The notes under the pieces are model-generated. The model was not told the DNA's origin and ran no database searches. It was given only the letters and a program-made list of their open reading frames with translations. A DNA stretch of 63,839 bases, counting the filler, from Octopus bimaculoides (taxonomy: Eukaryota): the NCBI RefSeq assembly GCF_001194135.2. It is 5 parts of 5 records of this genome, joined end to end, with 100 filler letters (N's around TTAATTAATTAA, not from the genome) between each part and the next. Parts side by side here need not be neighbours in the genome. Positions count along the whole stretch, not along the records: positions 31,842 to 52,673 come from NC_068986.1; positions 52,774 to 60,221 come from NC_068992.1; positions 60,322 to 62,667 come from NW_026318911.1; positions 62,768 to 63,839 come from NW_026326085.1; 1 more part is not named here. The stretch is one strand, 5' to 3'. The number at the start of each line of letters is the position of its first letter. The stretch's first letter is position 1. Below, piece by piece: positions 51,631-63,348 of the stretch. Both the position numbers and the translations under genes were made by a program.

Positions 51631-52410
51631 ATTATAACGTGATTCAGGCTAGATCAATAATCAGTTGTGATGAGGTAGATTCCATCTACTATGGTCTGGG
51701 ATGGGTTGGTCAGGAGGAGCGAAACAAAGAACACAAACTGTACGGGAAAAGAAAATACCATTGCTGCAAAGGGGAGAAAAAAACAGTAACAATTACAAGA
51801 GAAGTTATAATTTAAAGTATTTATTAGTCATTAAATTAGAAGTAACAGTCACAAACGATATAAACCCTATTGTTATATACGTAAAAAAACCCACTAAAGC
51901 TAAAAATAGGGATAAAATCTAGAATGTAATAGGAAAAGAAAATATCATAAGTGAAAAGAAGTAGAGATTAATGGTTCAAAGGAAAAAAAAGAATATATAT
52001 GGATAAGATAAATAAAATAATTATATGGTAGGAAATTATTGCGAAAGAAAAATACACAAGCTTTTCCAATTTGAGAGATAGAAGAGAGTATGTGCGTATA
52101 TTTGTGTGTGTGAAGGGGGTGAGTGCGTGCGCGCGTGTGTTTCCATAATGAATTATTTGATGTCTTCCTGTAAGAAAATATTTTTTTTATTTCTAACAAC
52201 GATGCCAGATTCTCTCCTTGGAATTTGGACAACAAAACTAATTTTCACATTTTGAACTTGTGACTAGCCTTCCACGATATTAACAGCTCCGCTTTCAAGA
52301 AGTATTTGTAATTTGTATATGTTTCTATGTGTATAAATGTATGCGTACGTTTGTGAGTACATATACACAAATATATATATTTATATATATATATATATAT
52401 AAAATATATA

Positions 52411-52545
52411 TAGTTTTAGGGGAAATAACCAATTTTCAAGAACTCATCGATGAAAATCCACTATCACATATAGAAAAATTAATAATTAAAAGCACAATAA
52501 ATGAGTATAATATAAAGTAAAGTAAATATCATAAGATAAATATAA
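52411..52545 (-). mobile_element. AT-rich PLE-associated repeat, same family as 28690-28830, lacking the HHR
   Basis: TAGTTTTAGGGGAAATAACCAATTTTCAAGAACTCATCGATGAAAATCCACTATCACATATAGAAAAATT is the reverse complement of the 28750-28830 region. Confidence 0.75.
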
Positions 52546-52773
52546 TAAAAAGATTACACGTGTTTCATAACCAATTTTCAAATAGAAAAGAAATTTAAAT
52601 CGATTAAAATCAATTGAAATTATCTAAAATAAGTTCTATTCAAAAATATAGCTTCTCGTCAGATCGTAAGTAGNNNNNNNNNNNNNNNNNNNNNNNNNNN
52701 NNNNNNNNNNNNNNNNNTTAATTAATTAANNNNNNNNNNNNNNNNNNNNNNNNNNNNNNNNNNNNNNNNNNNN

Positions 52774-53609
52774 TCTAGTTCTCTTATTTCATTGGCTTTA
52801 TCTAGTGTGATGTTGCTACTTTTAACTAATTTTCCTCTTTTCAGGGTTGCTTTGGCACATTTTTCTAATCCGAATTTCATATCTATTTCCTTGGTAAAGC
52901 CGTGTACTGTCTGTAGTAGTGTTTCTAGCTCTTTGTCATTTTTAGCATATAATTTTAGGTTATCCATATATAAAAGGTGGCTGACTGTTTTTCCGTAGCA
53001 TTTGTAACCGCAACCAGTTCTATTCAGCAATTCAGTTAAAGGTGTGAGTGCCAAGCAGAGCAGGAGTGGAGAGAGCGTGTCTCCCTGGAATATTCCTCTT
53101 CTAATGCGGATGGCTTTCGTTTTCACAAGTCCCTCTTTTGTTTGGAGCTGTAGCACTGTCTGCCATTTGTTCATGGGTGCCTTATGCATTTTATAATAAT
53201 TGTTGCCGCCTTGTTAATAGCAAGTGTATCGAGAACCCACGTGTGGGGAACACTGTCGAAAGCCTTTTGGTAGTCCACCCAGGCCATACTGAGGCCTTTC
53301 TTCTTTCTGCGGCTGTCTTCAGTTATGGCTTTTTTGATCAATAATTGATCTTTACAGCTGTATGAGCCCTTGCAGCATCCCTTCTGCCCTTCTGGAAACA
53401 GGTTGTTATTTTCCAGGTGTTTACTCAATCTCTGCGATATTATTGCAGTAAAGGTTTCGTAGATCGGAGGGAGACGGGTTATAGGTCTGTAGTTTTGTGG
53501 TTTCTCCGTTTCCGTGGATTTGGGAATTAAGATGGTTTTCCCCTTCGTGAGCCATTCAGGCATTGTCTCTGGCTCTGCTCGTATGTTGTTAAAGTTTTCT
53601 GCCAGTAGG
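52774..53609 (-). pseudogene. R4/Dong-clade reverse transcriptase fragment, 5'-truncated at (TAT)n
   Basis: PEWLTKGKTILIPK, NYRPIT, GQKGC, WVDYQKAFDSVPH, GIFQGDTLSPLL, HLLYMDNLKLYAK; frameshift near 53180 and YMDD changed to YMDN. Confidence 0.9.
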
Positions 53610-53932
53610 TATTATTATTATTATTATTATTATNNNNNNNNNNNNNNNNNNNNNNNNNNNNNNNNNNNNNNNNNNNNNNNNNNNNNNNNNNNNNNNNNNN
53701 NNNNNNNNNNNNNNNNNNNNNNNNNNNNNNNNNNNNNNNNNNNNNNNNNNNNNNNNNNNNNNNNNNNNNNNNNNNNNNNNNNNNNNNNNNNNNNNNNNNN
53801 NNNNNNNNNNNNNNNNNNNNNNNNNNNNNNNNNNNNNNNNNNNNNNNNNNNNNNNNNNNNNNNNNNNNNNNNNNNNNNNNNNNNNNNNNNNNNNNNNNNN
53901 NNNNNNNNNNNNNNNNNNNNNNNNNNNNNNNN

Positions 53933-54008
<76 letters not shown>

Positions 54009-54013
54009 CATCA

Positions 54014-54056
<43 letters not shown>

Positions 54057-54085
54057 CATCATTATTATTATTATTATTATTATTA
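53610..54085. repeat. Long (TAT)n/(CAT) microsatellite spanning a gap
   Basis: Direct reading on both sides of N gap 53634-53932. Confidence 0.95.
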
Positions 54086-54812
54086 TGAAATTTTCAGGAT
54101 CCGGTAGAATAAAGGCATGTAAATAGCAAAGGCATATCTATGCCAACTTCAGTTCTGTTCATGTTTGTTCGAGAGATATTTTAAACTGATGCATTTCGAA
54201 ATTGTTAGTTGTCTTCAGTACTGGATACTAAGAGACATATCTTTTCTATTATTTTAGCACCTTTTGTATCTAGCAATAACGATTTCTCCACGTCAAACAT
54301 CAGTGATATGTACAGGATCAAATATATCTCAAACATCTATGACTGAATCTAGTAAAAGAGTAAAAAAATAGTCTTAAGTTTGTATCCTTCGCGCGCGCAC
54401 ATACACACATTTCGTTTTTTTTTTATTTGGTTTGCAACATTCATAACAATTCGTGTGTTGAATCATATTTTTTTGCGTCTAGGGAGAGTCATTCTGTTTT
54501 AATGCCTTATGTATCCCACTCACCGATTTAATTTCCACTCATTTACTTATTTATTTAATTTTGTTTTTCTAACATTTTCGTTGCTTCTTGAAACATTTTC
54601 AATAGTTGATGACTCTGTCCGTTATCGGACTTGCGTTCTTTTTGTTTGTTTGATTGTTTGTACACATGTGTGTGCGTCAGTGTATATGTGTATACAAATA
54701 TGTATAATGCATGTATGTATGTATGTATGTATGTATGTATGTATGTACGTATGCGTGATTGTGTGTGTGTGCGTTTGAATGTATGTATTCTGCATATTCA
54801 TGTTTTTGTGTT

Positions 54813-54848
<36 letters not shown>

Positions 54849-55151
54849 CGCGTGTATTTGTGTGTATATCTCTGTCTCTTTGTGCGTGCGTGTTTGAGTT
54901 CTCTATGTGTATGGGTTTGTGTGACTATGTATGTGCGTCTGTTATGTATACATGTGTCTCCATATGTGTCCTTATGTGTGCATCTAGAGAGGGCATGTGT
55001 GTCTATGGTCATGTGTTTCTGTCTCCTTTTGTGCATGCATGTGTGTCTGTTTATGCTTGTCTATCCGTATTAGCTATGTACCTATCTGTCTATTTATCTA
55101 TTTGTTTACCTACATATACATTTACCTACCTACCTGTATATACATTTTATA

Positions 55152-55187
<36 letters not shown>

Positions 55188-55241
55188 TGTATGCACGTAT
55201 ATGTATATGTATATAAATATAAATATATATAAATATATATG

Positions 55242-55323
<82 letters not shown>

Positions 55324-55324
55324 C

Positions 55325-55370
<46 letters not shown>

Positions 55371-55439
55371 TCGCCTACATAACACCTTACTAACAACTAC
55401 ACCCGTGTATGTATAAACTGAGAGTACTGAGTTATCACT

Positions 55440-56330
55440 ACCTTCTACATGTATTTCTTATTTAGTACGGGGAATGTTTCATTTATGAGGACGTACTCTT
55501 GCATTTGGTTGAGTGTTGAGTCCTTCGAGTGCCTGGATAAAATGTGGATGTAAAGTCGACCAAGTGTACCTCCATGTTCGTCTTTGGCATGTCGGTAGAG
55601 TATGGAGGACTTTTTTTTTGTCGTCATATCGTCTCAAATAAACGTTTAATCTCTCCGCAATACTTATAGATTTCTCACCAATGTATGTTGTATTCTTGTC
55701 TTTACAAACACCCTCTATGCACCTTATGATGTAGACAAGATTTATAGTTCTACAGTTAATGCCAGGGTTCATCTTACATACAATGCAGGTCCCATTGGTG
55801 CATGTGTTATTGTCAAAGGTGTACGTCCTACATAGTTGTGATCTGATGGTGTTCATGGGCTGTGGCTTCTACAAACATCACTCTTTGGTATTTATCGATC
55901 TTGTACCATGTATTCATCTTGTTTGTTCTGTTACAAACTCTCTGTATCCTATTCCAATCGTTACTTTTTATCTAGGGTAGGTACCAATGGTTTCATTACA
56001 TATAGTGCTGTCCTATATTTCTGCTCATATCCAGAGAATTGCATGTGGTGCATGAAGTTATGTTCATGTTTTCTTGTTTCATAGGTTTCGCATGGGGGTG
56101 GGGACACATTCATTATCCTAACTAAGTCTGCTATCTGTATGTTGATTGTCATGTTGTGCGACAAAGCTGAGTTCCTTGTGAATCTATGGGCTTCATGCAA
56201 TAGGAATGGAGGCGCTGCACTCTGTTTTTCGCAGTATCAAGGACAGAGAGTTTATTTTAGGGTGCCTAGTAGGGGTAATCTATAGTTACCTTGATACTTT
56301 GGTGGATGGAATTAGCTCTTCATTATGTTC
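55440..56330 (-). pseudogene. Penelope-like element 3' fragment: RT thumb, Cys-rich linker, GIY-YIG endonuclease
   Basis: FSGYEQKYR; CTNGTCIVCKMNPGINCRTINLVYIIRC...YIGEK..IAERL; LYRHAKDEH..E..LINETFPVLNKK; frameshifted. Confidence 0.85.
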
Positions 56331-58179
56331 CTCTCGGTTTCTGTACTATCTATCTAATAGATTGATAGATAGACAAACAGACAGACACACATTTGCAGCG
56401 TTTGCAGTTCTACTTTGATTTGAGATCGGTTATTGTGGATGGTGGATATTAAATGTATGATTCCTTAATGCTCCAAAGTCAAACTTTGAGTAGATAAATT
56501 GCTAAAATTCACTTTTACGTAGCATTTTTAGGTATTTTGCTTGGAGAAGTATCGACCAGATACTACTGACAACAATTTCAGGAGAGATACTGATCAAAGT
56601 ATCTATATCTATCCTAACATACTACAATGTGTCTAAGTAAGAAGTGGAAAACCTATCCAAATAACTGGTTGTCAGATAAATTGGTTCGTTTTTTTATAGG
56701 TTCTCCATTGACATATATCAGAAAAGAAATAAAAATTGTTCACAACCCAAAATTGGTGCTACAAAAGAGAAAACATAACATTTCGATAAAGATATTTTCG
56801 TCCTAATCTAAATAACATGGGAAAAGATGAAAATAAAATAAAATGAAATTATCTAACAACCCATCATATTAACCTACAACTAAAGATCACCAAAATCTTT
56901 GGTAAGAAATCAGAAGAAATTTCCATTATTTGCTTTACAAATTTCTTTAAAATGATGCAGTTACCTACTCTCAATACCTATTCTAGGCAAAAGGAAGACG
57001 GAAGTAGCCAAAAACAGGGGGATCATATGATAAGTATTGAGATAGGGTCTATAATATCAATTTACGCAAATACAAGCAAACAAGAAACTGCACAGTGGAG
57101 GTTAAGTGCGTTTGAGAAATGTTTAACAGTAACACAGGATAAAGTCGATGGAACCCCAAAATTATGTGAAATAAATATTGTAACAATAGAAACCCATTCC
57201 AGGACCATTCTTCTGTAATACTTAGCAGAGAACGGGTAAGCCAACTTGAAAGTCTGCAATGTCTCAGAAATTCTGGATTCAATGGTGAACTTGACGATAT
57301 AATTCCAGCAAAACAATATCTATGCTTAACCACATATACAGCTAATGGAATAATTCAACAAGTGGTTAATACAATCTGGAGGCTATGGAGTTTGTAGAGT
57401 GTGTATGCATGCGTGATTTGAAGTCTGTTGCAACGGCATCGTTAGTGCGTTTTCATTGATTCTTGTATTTGTCGGTTTTTATGTCTGATAGTTTCGATTT
57501 CTACGTATGTCTTTCTGTTGAGACGTATGAATGCATGCTTGAGAGTGTGTGCATTCAGTTGTATCAGTGTGATGGTTGTGTATGTACGAACTTGTTCATA
57601 GAAAAAGCATGCGATATTTCAATGAATTATTTTAAGGATAAAATAATCCGTTTCCTAAAATTTGTGTATAGTAATTTAGTTGAGAAATAATTTCGTTTAA
57701 ATTTCATATAAGGAAATTTACTCTGCCAATGTTAATAATTACTTTGCAAAATATTATCTGAATAAGGATGAGAAAATATCTTATTGCTAGTGATAGGTAG
57801 TTATGATATTCAACGATGAATTTCCTAATATGAAACCGCGAACAAAACAAAAATATTGTATGTGTATTAAATATTTGGAATTGGTATTTCAATATTGATA
57901 TTTTCCTAGTTCATAAAAGACACAGAAAACATTTTAATTGGGTATATTATTTCATATTTTATATAGGACTTGATATTTCATTATATGGGGTATATACTTA
58001 TTTCTTAGAAGTCAAATGTGAAAAGCTAGTATTGCAATCAATCATCTCAGCAAGAAAAATGAAAGAAAAAGGACAATAAATATTCCATGTATTTCTTACA
58101 GACTAGAATTTATACCATCTTTAATGAAATGTATCAATTCATAAAATGTTTAATTAATAAGTCACAGGATATATCATGC

Positions 58180-58690
58180 TGATGAATTCCCCCGTTCTGC
58201 TGCCAGTTGCGGTAGACATTATCCAATACCCGATTTGCAGAAGTCAGTAGACATCCACCAATGCCCGACTTGCAGAAGGCTGTGAGCACCTGAGGGTACT
58301 AAAGGTACCAGATGCCAATCATTGATCAAATTTTGATCCAGGTCTGCAGTTCAGTCTAAGAGACGAACTACGAAAAAAAGAGACTGATAAATGACTACCA
58401 ACTTGCTCACCGTCAACGAATCGCTGGAGATGTCGCTACTTCTGTGCATGTGTGTGCATGATCAGGTACGGCATGCTCATTCATCCACTCGGTGGGTATT
58501 AACAGCAAAGTGACCACTCTGCCTGTAGGATGCGTCCCTTCACCAGAAAGCGGAAGGAGAGGCACTCCAGTTCACACAGACGTTAACTAGGACAGGCTAC
58601 GACTATGGGACGGTAATATATGACGGAGCCGATCTATGCGTCTGTTCGAACACTCAAGGATAGCTTTCTCTCGGCCCATTTCTCTTACAT
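58180..58690. other. Unclassified GC-richer island with an internal 35-bp-period duplication
   Basis: GTAGACATTATCCAATACCCGATTTGCAGAAG (58212-58243) vs GTAGACATCCACCAATGCCCGACTTGCAGAAG (58247-58278). Confidence 0.5.
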
Positions 58691-59617
58691 CAGTAAAGTC
58701 ATTGGTGTTTTTGGTGGTGTGTCGTCTTTGCTTATTCGTTTTTATCCTAAAACATGGCTTTCAATCGTAAACGATGGGTGAAGTCTATTAATTTATTAAT
58801 GATTTCTTTAAGATATACATTTTCAGGTAGAATCGGTATATCGTTTAAAGATCTTTCTATTGTTATTTGCTCCATTTACTTTCTTCATTCTGATGACGTC
58901 TACCATTTGCAACGAGGTAAATACTTATTTACCTCGATATGGAACACAGTAACAGCTGAAAACTAACTCTTACCTTCACATTGCTTAACTAATTGAATAA
59001 TGGCTTTTTATGCCCATATATATGTTAATATATATTTGTATATATATNNNNNNNNNNNNNNNNNNNNNNNNNNNNNNNNNNNNNNNNNNNNNNNNNNNNN
59101 NNNNNNNNNNNNNNNNNNNNNNNNNNNNNNNNNNNNNNNNNNNNNNNNNNNNNNNNNNNNNNNNNNNNNNNNNNNNNNNNNNNNNNNNNNNNNNNATATA
59201 TGTGTGTGTGTGTGTGTGTGTTAATATATATTTGTATATATATATATGTGTATGTGTGTATTATTATTTATATAGATAGGGTGATAAAATGAATATTAAT
59301 TCAACTTAAAACCAAGTGGCCTAGCATATAAAAAAAATCAGAAAATTCGGATGTGGTTACGTAAGTAAAACGTTAATGTTCGAAACTGCGGTACACAACT
59401 AATTCTTTATTCTGTATATTTCTCATTTTGTCCTGTTCTGGTGTTTTGCGAAATTGTTTCTGGAGAACATTATTTTTCTTTGTGGTTGGGTCGTTGATGA
59501 CCACTTTCTAGCATATTGGATGCCCACCTAGTGGTCATCCCTTACATACGTGTATATATATGCGTATGTATATATTTGCATATATATATATGTATGCCAA
59601 TATTTATATGTATATAT

Positions 59618-59658
<41 letters not shown>

Positions 59659-59702
59659 CATATATGTTTGTGTGTATGTGTGTGTGTGTGTGTGCGTGTG
59701 TA

Positions 59703-59739
<37 letters not shown>

Positions 59740-60178
59740 TTATATATATATATATATTAAGAGCATTACTATTCATAAATGCCTCACACTAGGAGGGATT
59801 CTAAAAGTCAAACTACCATAATAAACACATTTTACCGAACGCGACGGAATGCAACTCTCGAAGCGAACCTCCTAAAAACAGACTTAGCGGTGTATCATGA
59901 TTTCGTAATCAGTGCAGGAAAATGCATTCTTTACTCTTCCGTACACGCATAGTTAAGAGACATAAAGGTAAACAAAAAATTCAACATACCAGACGACCAC
60001 TGCATGTATCCAGAATAATACACAGAAAATGCTTATACCTATATATCTATGTAAGAGGCGGACTTTTCGAATTCCATCTCGGTACACGTGTTTGTTCAGA
60101 ATAAAGTGTTCCCTTATGAGGTTTTTTCACGCTAACTACTTGAGAAATTCTTATAAAGATTTTATCCTATATTTAAAT

Positions 60179-60221
<43 letters not shown>

Positions 60222-62037
60222 NNNNNNNNNNNNNNNNNNNNNNNNNNNNNNNNNNNNNNNNNNNNTTAATTAATTAANNNNNNNNNNNNNNNNNNNNNNN
60301 NNNNNNNNNNNNNNNNNNNNNATTGTTTTACAGACATCAATATTAGTTTAAACAATATTTTAACAATATTTGAACAATAAGATGTATGTTAATAACAATA
60401 AAATGAAATGTCCTCGTTAAGAGATTTAACATTGAAATGTAGTTAGTTTATACAAAAATCATGAAGTAATGTCAGTATTGAATTCAGAGGCTATAAGGTG
60501 TAAGGTCTAAGGATAATAAGTATATTGGGTTCATGAAAAACTATTTTGAATTTTTTTAAAAATGATTTTAAAATTTTAGTTGATATATATAATAATACTA
60601 TTTTGAAGACACATAAATGTAAGCTATATTTTTATAATGTGAAGAAAAAATTAGTATAGGGTTTATATAATTTATAATAATGGATTTACTAAGGTTTGAG
60701 GGACAGAAAAAGAAAAATGATATTAGGAATTAACAAGGCCATCCAATACAGGAACATAATGATTGAGTAAAAGTTTCATTAGTCATGAGTTTGTTTTAAG
60801 ATTAACATGGGCTAATTAAAGAATATTAATTGAATAAGGATTAGATTAATTTTGGGCATAAGGATTAGATTTATTTAAGTTAAAAATTTAAAAAAGACAA
60901 GACACTATTGCTGTAAGCCCTGAAATAATGTAATAAATAATAATGATTCTTTTAAAATCAAGCATTAAATAAGGTAAAAACTTATGAGAATTTCCAATTC
61001 TTATAAGCTATATAGGGTTAAGATACATATTGAGAAACTAACAGCATTAGCAGAAGTGGTGTGAANNNNNNNNNNNNNNNNNNNNNNNNNNNNNNNNNNN
61101 NNNNNNNNNNNNNNNNNNNNNNNNNNNNNNNNNNNNNNNNNNNNNNNNNNNNNNNNNNNNNNNNNNNNNNNNNNNNNNNNNNNNNNNNNNNNNNNNNNNN
61201 NNNNNNNNNNNNNNNNNNNNNNNNNNNNNNNNNNNNNNNNNNNNNNNNNNNNNNNNNNNNNNNNNNNNNNNNNNNNNNNNNNNNNNNNNNNNNNNNNNNN
61301 NNNNNNNNNNNNNNNNNNNNNNNNNNNNNNNNNNNNNNNNNNNNNNNNNNNNNNNNNNNNNNNNNNNNNNNNNNNNNNNNNNNNNNNNNNNNNNNNNNNN
61401 NNNNNNNNNNNNNNNNNNNNNNNNNNNNNNNNNNNNNNNNNNNNNNNNNNNNNNNNNNNNNNNNNNNNNNNNNNNNNNNNNNNNNNNNNNNNNNNNNNNN
61501 NNNNNNNNNNNNNNNNNNNNNNNNNNNNNNNNNNNNNNNNNNNNNNNNNNNNNNNNNNNNNNNNNNNNNNNNNNNNNNNNNNNNNNNNNNNNNNNNNNNN
61601 NNNNNNNNNNNNNNNNNNNNNNNNNNNNNNNNNNNNNNNNNNNNNNNNNNNNNNNNNNNNNNNNNNNNNNNNNNNNNNNNNNNNNNNNNNNNNNNNNNNN
61701 NNNNNNNNNNNNNNNNNNNNNNNNNNNNNNNNNNNNNNNNNNNNNNNNNNNNNNNNNNNNNNNNNNNNNNNNNNNNNNNNNNNNNNNNNNNNNNNNNNNN
61801 NNNNNNNNNNNNNNNNNNNNNNNNNNNNNNNNNNNNNNNNNNNNNNNNNNNNNNNNNNNNNNNNNNNNNNNNNNNNNNNNNNNNNNNNNNNNNNNNNNNN
61901 NNNNNNNNNNNNNNNNNNNNNNNNNNNNNNNNNNNNNNNNNNNNNNNNNNNNNNNNNNNNNNNNNNNNNNNNNNNNNNNNNNNNNNNNNNNNNNNNNNNN
62001 NNNNNNNNNNNNNNNNNNNNNNNNNNNNNNNNNNNNN

Positions 62038-62076
<39 letters not shown>

Positions 62077-62156
62077 CGATTTTATAATTTAGTATTTAAT
62101 CTATTAGGCCTAATTGAAACAGCTGTAAGGGACTGTGCTTGCTGCCGTTCATTAAC

Positions 62157-62439
62157 TCCAAGAGGCCATCGCCTCTAGCTAGCTAGATGAGACAGAAACT
62201 TGTGTCCATTGGAGCCTCGGAACAGGCAAGGTCATCAACTTCCCCTTGCTGGTTCAACATCCACAGACTAGTTTGGGCTAATTCCCCCTTATCAATGTGT
62301 ATAAAGGGGGAAATACCACGAAACTAGTCTGTGGATGTTGAACCAGCAAGGGGAATCTGATGACCTCCCCTTGTTCGAGGGTTGTAATGGACACAGGTCT
62401 ATGTCTCACATACCTAGCTAGAGGCGATGGCTTCTTGGA
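62157..62439. repeat. Long near-perfect inverted repeat (about 283-nt hairpin, 8-nt loop)
   Basis: Perfect 35-bp duplex 62240-62274/62321-62355, perfect 18-bp duplex 62165-62182/62414-62431, colinear imperfect pairing between; loop CAATGTGT. Confidence 0.95.
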
Positions 62440-62586
62440 TATATATACACCATTTTCCACGAATAATGGAACTGCAACTACAATATGTTATTTCTACTTT
62501 CATTCTCTTATTTCCATCTATTTTCTCTGTCTCCTCCTTTTCCACAGTAATTCTTTATTTCGAACACAAACATTTACCCCTTTCAC

Positions 62587-62640
62587 ATAGTCTCTGATGA
62601 AGGGACATCCATAGTACCCCAGAAACAGCTGTAAGACTAT
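62587..62640 (+). ncRNA. Type I hammerhead ribozyme motif with palindromic stem III
   Basis: Stem I ATAGTCT/AGACTAT (7 bp); CTGATGA 62594-62600; GGG..CCC stem II; GAAA 62622-62625; ACAGCTGT palindrome; GTA cleavage triplet. Confidence 0.8.
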
Positions 62641-63279
62641 ATCTCTTTCCTTATAAATGTCCTGAAANNNNNNNNNNNNNNNNNNNNNNNNNNNNNNNNN
62701 NNNNNNNNNNNTTAATTAATTAANNNNNNNNNNNNNNNNNNNNNNNNNNNNNNNNNNNNNNNNNNNNAAAAATTAATTTTTATTCAAAATATCTCAGCTT
62801 TCATTAAAGAAAATTGTACGGTAGCTATGTTCAAATGAAAGTGCTATATGAGACGAAATTATGACGAAAACCGTGTCAAACGACTAGCTACAGTAAAAAT
62901 GGTGTGGCTTAAGTAACGAAGAAAAAGTAATCATCTGATTGCAATGATCACATTGCTTAATGTTAGATAGCGCTTGAATGGAGTTAGCGAGGGACGGGGC
63001 TTGATTCTCTGTGGTTGTTGCTAACCACTTCCTTCCCATTTTGTGGGTGAAAGAGCTCCCTGAGAAGAACCTTATGGTCAAAGCCTTCTCAGAAAAATAT
63101 TAGCTACAAAGACAGTTCAGTGACTTTAAGTGACGAAAGGTAAACGCGACCATTATAAGAAATCAAAGTATTTATCTCTTTTTCAATGAAGAAATATATT
63201 ATATGAACTTAAATGGAAATCTTCATCGACACGAATATGTTGGAGAACAGCCCTTCTAAAAATATTAATCATAAAATCA

Positions 63280-63280
<1 letters not shown>

Positions 63281-63348
<68 letters not shown>
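63281..63348. repeat. (TTA)n microsatellite
   Basis: Direct reading. Confidence 0.95.

Noticed and set aside
56700-57330. Possible inverted 5' RT half of the 55-56 kb PLE (..LDDII..)
   Set aside because: Too degenerate to align with RT motifs.
60322-61065. Very AT-rich contig resembling a NUMT
   Set aside because: No convincing mitochondrial protein, rRNA or tRNA motif by eye; needs BLASTN to settle.
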